From contig OX597832.1 of the NCBI GenBank assembly GCA_951406725.2, positions 59,458,001 through 59,522,000 of the forward strand: a DNA stretch of 64,000 nucleotides, read 5' to 3'. The translations under genes and the position numbers were made by a program. Position 1 is the stretch's first letter. Each line of letters begins with the position of its first letter. Source of the stretch: Octopus vulgaris (lineage: Eukaryota). Positions 57,022 through 64,000 of this stretch are shown piece after piece. The notes beneath the pieces are model-generated. The model had not been told where the DNA came from. It saw only the letters and a program-made list of their open reading frames with translations, and searched no databases.

Positions 57022-58489
57022 TCACTACAGAAGAGTTCGCGTTTTTTCACGGTGATTGAAAGTCACGTCGTTCGACGTGAAATATTGAAAAATTGAAGTA
57101 TGACTATAGTTGTAGCTCGCTCTAGCGAGCGAAAATATTGTATTCTCGTTGCCATAACGGTGGACTGAGAATCTTTTGAAAACTTCGTTGGAATAAAATT
57201 CTGTATGGTGTTTTTTCGCCAAGTAACTTGTATATTCTGGTGGGCGTATTTCGCTAGAAAGAGTGGTACGCTGTGGAGTTTACCTAACCGGAGTACTATC
57301 GAGAAGAACCCTGACTATTGGATTTATCTGTTGGAGATTTATCTGTTACAGAGCGAAGGACTCCCTGTCTGTTCTATTTGTGAGGTTTTCTTTTATTCTC
57401 TCCCTTCTTCCATTATTTCGTTCTTTCTAAATTTCGGTTCATTCTTTTTTCTTATTTTAATTTCAGTTCTTTTCCCTTCTCTTTTATTTTGTTTTTCTTC
57501 TATTTTTATTCGGTTCAAATTTTTGGTGGGCTGTTTTTGTGAACTGGTTTTGAACTGTTTTTTTTTTTTTTTTGGACATGGCAGAGAAGGAACTTAAAAA
57601 GAAGAACCCTGTCTTGGAGTGGGAAATTATCCCACCAAATCAGTGGTTAAAAGATATGGAGGAGAGGACGGTAATGGTTAGAACTTACTCTAAAGTTCTT
57701 GATACCATCACCGTCTTCCCAAAACCAACTATAGAAAAAGAACTGAAAGACTATTTGTCCTCCGTGAAATGCATATCTCGCGGTTTCAAGCATGCAGCCG
57801 CAATTTCGCAAGCCTGCCATTGGAGGGCAACGAAATTCTGTTCTTCCCGCCGTACTGCGAGAGGAAATTAACAAGAGCTTGGTGTATGTGGGTTCCTCCA
57901 GGCATCAAGGCGGGTTATATTGAAGATACCATCCGAAGGGGACTGGGGGATGGCGGACCCAGGCTCTTAAATGTAAAGGTATCGCCGGCGGTCGATTGGG
58001 AAAGGTCAAAAGCGATTTTGACCATGTGGAACCCATCGGCCACAACAGATCTGGTTTTCCCAGATTTTTTTTAAATGGCTGGCTGTAGATATCCGGTGAT
58101 ACTTGAGGGACGTCCCACCAAGTGTCGCTGGTGCCTGAAGACTTGCCACATTAAAGAGAACTGTCCCCCAGGACCATGGTAAGGTCCCGGAGTAGTCACT
58201 GGATTCCACCTCCCTTACCCAGTCAAAGGGAAAGGTGGATGTGCTTCGGAAGGCTTCAATTGTGTGTTTTTTTGTTTAAAAAAAAACATGTTAAGGAAGA
58301 GGTTTTAGTGCTTCATTTTTGTAAGCGGTTTGAAACCGCGTATTCATTTTTTAAAAAAGGAAAAAATGTTTTTGAGAAAAATCCAATTCGTCGCTCATTT
58401 ATTCATTTTATTTCATTTTCATTTATTAATATGTTTGTCCGGCCCCCAGCTTCTCTGTCTACTGTCTTTATGGCAAACATAATGAAATA
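57022..58489 (+). mobile_element. ORF1-only L1/Tx1-like retroelement inserted in a SINE A head
   Basis: TSD AAGTAGC(C/T)TGCTTAC at 57007-57021 and 58490-58504; the SINE head begins at 56985 and resumes at 58490. Confidence 0.8.
57578..58200 (+). pseudogene. Frameshifted L1/Tx1-type ORF1 protein with a CCHC zinc knuckle
   Basis: MAEKELKKKNP...EERTVMVRTYS...TIEKELKDYL.../...WVPPGIKAGYIED.../VILEGRPTKCRWCLKTCHIKENC (CX2CX4HX4C). Confidence 0.75.
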
Positions 58490-58645
58490 AAGTAGCTTGC
58501 TTACCAACCACATGGTTCCGGATTCAGTCCCACTGCGTGGCACCTTGGGCAAGTGTCTTCTTCTATAGCCTTGGGCCGACCAAAGCCTTGTGAGTGGATT
58601 TGGTAGACGGGGAACTGAAAGAAGCCCGTCGTATATATGTAATTG

Positions 58646-58708
<63 letters not shown>

Positions 58709-58722
58709 GTATATATATATAC

Positions 58723-58753
<31 letters not shown>

Positions 58754-58999
58754 TGTATGTATGTATGTATGTATGTGTGTGTATATGTTTTTGTGCCTGT
58801 GCTTGTCTCCCCATCGATGGACAACCGATGCTGGTGTGCTTATGTCCTCGTAACTTAGCGGTTCGGCAAAAAAGAGGCCGATAGAATAAGTACTAGGCTT
58901 ACAAAGAATAAGTCCCGGGGTCGATTTGATCGACTAAAAGTAGGCGGTGCTCCAGCATGGCCGCAGTCAAATGACTTGCAACAAGTAAAGAGAGTAAAA
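58490..58999 (+). mobile_element. SINE family A (remainder of the interrupted copy)
   Basis: Continues the head at 56985-57021; close to the family consensus. Confidence 0.9.
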
Positions 59000-59811
59000 T
59001 GGAAACTTTCAGTTCTTCGGTCGAATGTTTTACTCGCAGTCGGCTAATGTCTAACCAATGTACGCCTAACTCTATCGTTTAATGTATCGCTTTAATTAGG
59101 CTATAAACTAGCAATATTGTCTTGTCCAAGCTTCTTAAGACAAATAGCAATTTCTCTTTGTTTTTGTTTTTTTTTTCTTCTCTTTTTGGTGAATACAAAT
59201 TCACAGTGGCTGCTTAATGATGATAACGATGGTGATGGACAATATATTGTATAATTTATTGTTATGGCACGCCCGTCAATATTGGAGGAGGATAATTCGC
59301 TTCTGAATTATCGATCTTATTTTAATCAGATGCTGAAATTAATGTTTTGTTGTCTGCATTGCTATAAATTGCTATAATCGAAAGCCTTTACACACACACA
59401 CAAACACACACACGCACACACATGCACATGCACGCACGCACACAGTTCTGACATAAAACAGAATACACACTTACATATATACACATACAAACTGCTTGTG
59501 TATATATATATTTATGAATACACTTGTGTGTGCATGTTTATATACCGTGTCTGCTGTGTCTGTGTGGAGGTGGGTGAGGTTGGGATGAGCAATTGAAATA
59601 GTTAAAATATGGAAATGCATTTACGCCTGTGTGTACATGTGTATATATCTATATATATATATATATATATATATATCTGTGTGTGTGTGCGTGAATAAAT
59701 AAATAAATGTGTGTACACGTAAATAATTTGACATATCGTAATCGTCTCTTATATAACAGGTTTCTATGCAGCCAAATGATTATAAACAAGCGTACTCCTA
59801 TATACATATAT

Positions 59812-59971
59812 GCATAATGGCCTAATGGTTAGGGCAGCGGACTCGCGGTCGCAGGATCGCGGTTTCGATTCTCAGACCGGGCGTTGTGTGTGTTTATTGA
59901 GCGAAAACACCTAAAAGCTCTATGAGGCTCCGGCAGGGGGTGGTGATCCCTGCTGTACTCTTTCACCACAA
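59812..59971 (+). mobile_element. tRNA(Arg-like) SINE 5' half
   Basis: TGGCCTAATGGTTAGGGCAGCGGACTCGCGGTC...GGTTTCGATTC (A and B boxes); homologous to 1579-1941. Confidence 0.85.
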
Positions 59972-60051
59972 TGGCGGTGCCCCAGCATGGCCACAGCTCA
60001 AGAGCTGAAACTGGAAAAACAAAAAAAAAAACAAAAACAAACAAACAAACA

Positions 60052-60092
<41 letters not shown>

Positions 60093-60136
60093 AGAGAAAG
60101 AGAGAGAGCAAAATGTATGAATACATATACATACAA

Positions 60137-60167
<31 letters not shown>

Positions 60168-60214
60168 CATACATACGTATATATAGATGCATACACATAC
60201 GCATACACACACAC

Positions 60215-60257
<43 letters not shown>

Positions 60258-61003
60258 TGTATATGTGTGTGTATGTGTGTGTTCTGGCACCACCTTGAAG
60301 AATGTTTGCGTAATCGAAAGGATTGACCCCTGTGCTTCCGTTTATGTTCAGTCTGGTACTTATTCTATCGGTAATTTTTTGCCGAACCGCTAAGTTACAC
60401 GGCCATATACACAGTACAACCAGTTGCCAAGTTCTGATGGGGACAAACGGAAACACACACACACACACACTTGCTGTCCGCAAGTGTAAACTTCGTGAGT
60501 CAGAATGGCTGTTTCTGCACATCTTCCTCGTTATCTTCCAGGACAATACCTTTTCCATTTTGTCTGCTGGTGTTATGAGAAATATTTTTAGATTGTGAAA
60601 TGCAAGATTCTACGTATTTGGGTAACAGAAATGAGGTAATGAAGCTGTTAAGATATAGGTCGCTCTCTGAGAGGTTTATGGTCGAGCCTGAAGCAATTCA
60701 GACTTCTGGTGTTCTTGGTCCTCGGACCATATCCATGATCACCGTTTGCATGGAAGAGATTGCTGTCTGTAAGTGCGTATCCCACGTGTCAGAGTGGCTG
60801 TGCTTGCGCATCTCCCTCGATATCTTCCGATGGAATGCCTTTTCCATTTTGTTTCTTGGTGCCAGGAGCAATGTTTCTATATTGTGAGAGGGAACATTTT
60901 TCGTATTTAGGTAAGAGAAATGACAGATGGAAGAGGAGTCGGGAAGACAGACAAATGTAATCGACTTGCCCCTCACCCCCAAAATTGCTGCCCTTGCGCC
61001 AAA

Positions 61004-61062
<59 letters not shown>

Positions 61063-61082
61063 TACAATTATTATTACCATTA

Positions 61083-61144
<62 letters not shown>

Positions 61145-62465
61145 GCTTTATATTTGTACAAGTTGGCTCCAAGTCTCACCCAGAGACCTCAAGAGACAAC
61201 AGGGTTGGAAGTTCATGTTGTTGTTATGCCTAGTGTGCCATATATTTGGGGGGTGGGGGATGTTGTACTAATGAATGTCTAAAAAAAAAAGGGTTTTTTT
61301 TTTTTTTTTTTTTAAACCGAAAATTATGTTTGTTTTAAACCTTGAGATTACATAGAGAGTATTTTGCGTAGGATATGAGCAGTTCCCATGAGCACTATCT
61401 TTTGAACTTCTGCCATTTTTGGGTTTCCTGGTATCTGAGTTAGGTAGCTATCAGCCCCTTTTGCTATCATTCCCAGGGCACCTATGACAACAGGTATTGT
61501 TTTAGTCTTCAGCTTCCACATTTTGCTGATTTCTATTTCAAGATCTTTATATTTGCTCAGTTTTTGGTAGGTCTTGACAGATACGTTTATATCGATTGGG
61601 ACAGTCATATCAATGAGGAGGCATGTTCTTTGTTTGAAGTCTTTCAATATGATGTCTGGCCTATTTGCATCTATCTTCCTGTCAGTTTGAATGGTGAAGT
61701 TCCAGAGGAGTGAGATGTGGTCATTTTCAAGCACTGGGGGTGGTTTGTGTTCCCACCAGTTTTTTTCATGGGGCAAATCCAGGTTTTTACAGATTACCCA
61801 GTGAATATATTGTGCAGCTCTATCGTGCCTGTTGAGATACTCTTTAGGCGCTAGAAAACTGCACTTGGAGACCACATGGTCAATGGTTTCATTTTGTTGC
61901 TTGCATACACGACACGTTGGACTGCTTCTGATCTTTAATATGTTGGCCTGGTAGTTTCTTGTTGGTAGGCATTGATTTTGAGCTGCTATGATAAACTCCT
62001 CTGTTTCAGATTTTAAGCCAGAGGCCATTAGCCATTGATGGGTCAGGGCTTTGTCGATATCTGCATTATTCGCTCTCTTTAGGTATTTGCCATAGAGAGG
62101 TTTTTCTTGCCATTTATTATTCAGAATATCTAAGGCCGCAGTTTTGGCACGGGTTTTCATGCGCCTAGCTTTTTCTGTGCTTGTTTCTTGTATATCTATC
62201 TCTAATTCCGAAATTGGTTGTATTCGGAATTCACTTAGATATTCCTTTGCCTGTTTTGTGACTGAGTATGATGCTTTCTTGTTTTCATGTTTTGAGACAA
62301 GTTTTAGCATCCAGTCCTCAGAGTTTTTCAGGTAGGTGTCTGGGCCAATTGTAGCAATCTTCATTGTTATTGCCAGTTGCAAAAGACCACGGCCTCCCTC
62401 TTTTCTTGGCAGATAGAGTCGTTCTGTATCTGCCTTAGGGTGGTGCATTCTATGCATTGTCAACA
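61145..62465 (-). mobile_element. 5'-truncated R4/Dong-type non-LTR retrotransposon in (TAA)n
   Basis: (ATT)n on both sides (61005-61144, 62480-62706); ORF plus ~200 bp 3' UTR. Confidence 0.9.
61348..62463 (-). CDS. C-terminal 371 aa of a non-LTR retrotransposon protein: post-RT region, CCHC knuckle, restriction-like endonuclease
   Basis: RLYLPRKEGGRGL; CRVC..ETIDHVVSKC; YLNRHD; RPDIILKD..LIDMTVP..KLSKYKDL; uninterrupted frame. Confidence 0.9.
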   Translation of the reverse strand: MTMHRMHHPKADTERLYLPRKEGGRGLLQLAITMKIATIGPDTYLKNSEDWMLKLVSKHENKKASYSVTKQAKEYLSEFRIQPISELEIDIQETSTEKARRMKTRAKTAALDILNNKWQEKPLYGKYLKRANNADIDKALTHQWLMASGLKSETEEFIIAAQNQCLPTRNYQANILKIRSSPTCRVCKQQNETIDHVVSKCSFLAPKEYLNRHDRAAQYIHWVICKNLDLPHEKNWWEHKPPPVLENDHISLLWNFTIQTDRKIDANRPDIILKDFKQRTCLLIDMTVPIDINVSVKTYQKLSKYKDLEIEISKMWKLKTKTIPVVIGALGMIAKGADSYLTQIPGNPKMAEVQKIVLMGTAHILRKILSM

Positions 62466-62507
62466 GTTATTATATATATTATTATTATATATTATTATTA
62501 CTATTAC

Positions 62508-62576
<69 letters not shown>

Positions 62577-62659
62577 TACTATTATTATTATTATTATCAT
62601 TATTATCATCATTATTATTATTATCATTACTATTATTATCATTATTATTATTATTATTA

Positions 62660-62707
<48 letters not shown>

Positions 62708-62708
<1 letters not shown>

Positions 62709-62850
62709 AGCAGTGAGTTGGCAGAATGGTTAGCACGCCTGACGAAATGCTAAGCGGTATTTCGTCCGTCTTTATATCCGAGTTCAAATTCCACCGAAGT
62801 CGACAGTGCCTTTCATCCTTTCAAGGTCGATAAAATAAGTACTAGTTTAA
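62708..62850 (+). mobile_element. SINE family B
   Basis: GAGTTGGCAGAATGGTTAGCACGCC...GAGTTCAAATTCC. Confidence 0.8.
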
Positions 62851-64000
62851 CACTGCGTGGTCGCAGTCCAATAACTAAAAGAAGTCAGAGATAAAAGATA
62901 ACGGATTAGTTTACCTAGGACTACATTATCGTTTTATATATTTTTTGCTTCGTTAATTTTATTCTAAAGTAGAGCTGTTTCATCTTAAATCAATATTGCA
63001 ATAAAAAATCGAACGCTTTCCAATAAATATATTTGATCTTTTCCAGTTCCAAGAGTTTACTTATTTTTGTCTGACATTACAATGAGTTCCAACTTATTTC
63101 CAGACTTACTGCTCTGTTAATTGCTAAATTAATTGTTGTTGGTCATATTTAGGCCTGCATCAACCGTAATTCAGTAGGAATCTCCGATCGAAGGCGTTCT
63201 AGAAATGACCATCACGTTTGTTTCACATAGCGAAATTGGATGACTTGTATATTTATTCTTAATACATTTTGGTAGATTCGAACGTAAATATGTTAATCGT
63301 TATCCGGACAGCCACAGGAAAACAAATTCTCGTTTACTACGAATACATATGCTTAACACTGTCTTTTCATAAGCGCAAGTGCCTCTGGGTCAGTCACCCG
63401 TTTTTACGACATCGTTTTCATTCTCTTTGCTGACCGAGGATATAACAGTTACTCATCGTTTGGTATATATCAGCGCGGATCAGAAAGATCGAGACGCCTC
63501 TGCTTGACGAGATACAATGAAGTTGAAACGCCGGCCGTCGTAGAGTCACTTCTACTAAAGAACCGAGTGTGTCCTGAACACACATTAATCGTAAAGGACA
63601 AGTTACATTCACGTTCGAATCAAGCAGAATTTATTAAGGATAAGTACGTAAACCATAGTTTCGATATTCGCTGTTCACGTCCATATGACCATTTATTTCA
63701 TGTACATTGTTTTAAGTATACTTTAATTTTTCAAAGACTTGCGGCTGCTATTTCTAGCAAATAGAGTGGCTACGTACGGGCTCCCAAATTAGCTCGTAGA
63801 TATGTACTGGGAGTTGATTTTCCTTATTGTTTATGTAAAACCTGTATCAAAGAACAAACAGTTTGATAAATGGAGGCCCTGTTCTCCTGACGTTGGTGTC
63901 TTATGTCCGGTCTGTCAGTTATCAGTTTTAAAATAGCTAGTAAGCCATTTGTTGCTTAATATAGAAGGATAAAATTTCCTATGGGATGGTGATATGCAAC

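Noticed and set aside
59812-59885. tRNA-Arg gene
   Set aside because: It runs directly into a SINE body shared with 1579-1941 and has no proper acceptor stem or terminator

Overview
AT-rich eukaryotic DNA dominated by microsatellites ((TA)n, (CA)n, (ATT)n, (GAA)n, (GATA)n) and mobile-element relics. I found no convincing host exon, and nearly all predicted ORFs are translated simple repeats. The SINE families resemble those I recall from octopod cephalopod genomes (inference, not verified). Recognisable elements are three or more tRNA-derived SINE families, R4/Dong-type non-LTR fragments with a restriction-like endonuclease in (ATT)n, CR1-like and RTE-like LINE fragments, Penelope GIY-YIG fragments, two non-autonomous Helitrons and a mariner fragment. 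Three things stand out. (1) About ten minimal type-I hammerhead ribozyme motifs sit in short (TA)n-embedded elements from several sequence families, one with a recurrent non-canonical CUGUNGA core. (2) Several long palindromes occur, two of them folding back inside a hammerhead motif. (3) A 1.47 kb ORF1-only L1/Tx1-like element, bounded by a target-site duplication (TSD), is inserted in the head of a SINE. Coordinates were read by eye and element ends are approximate.
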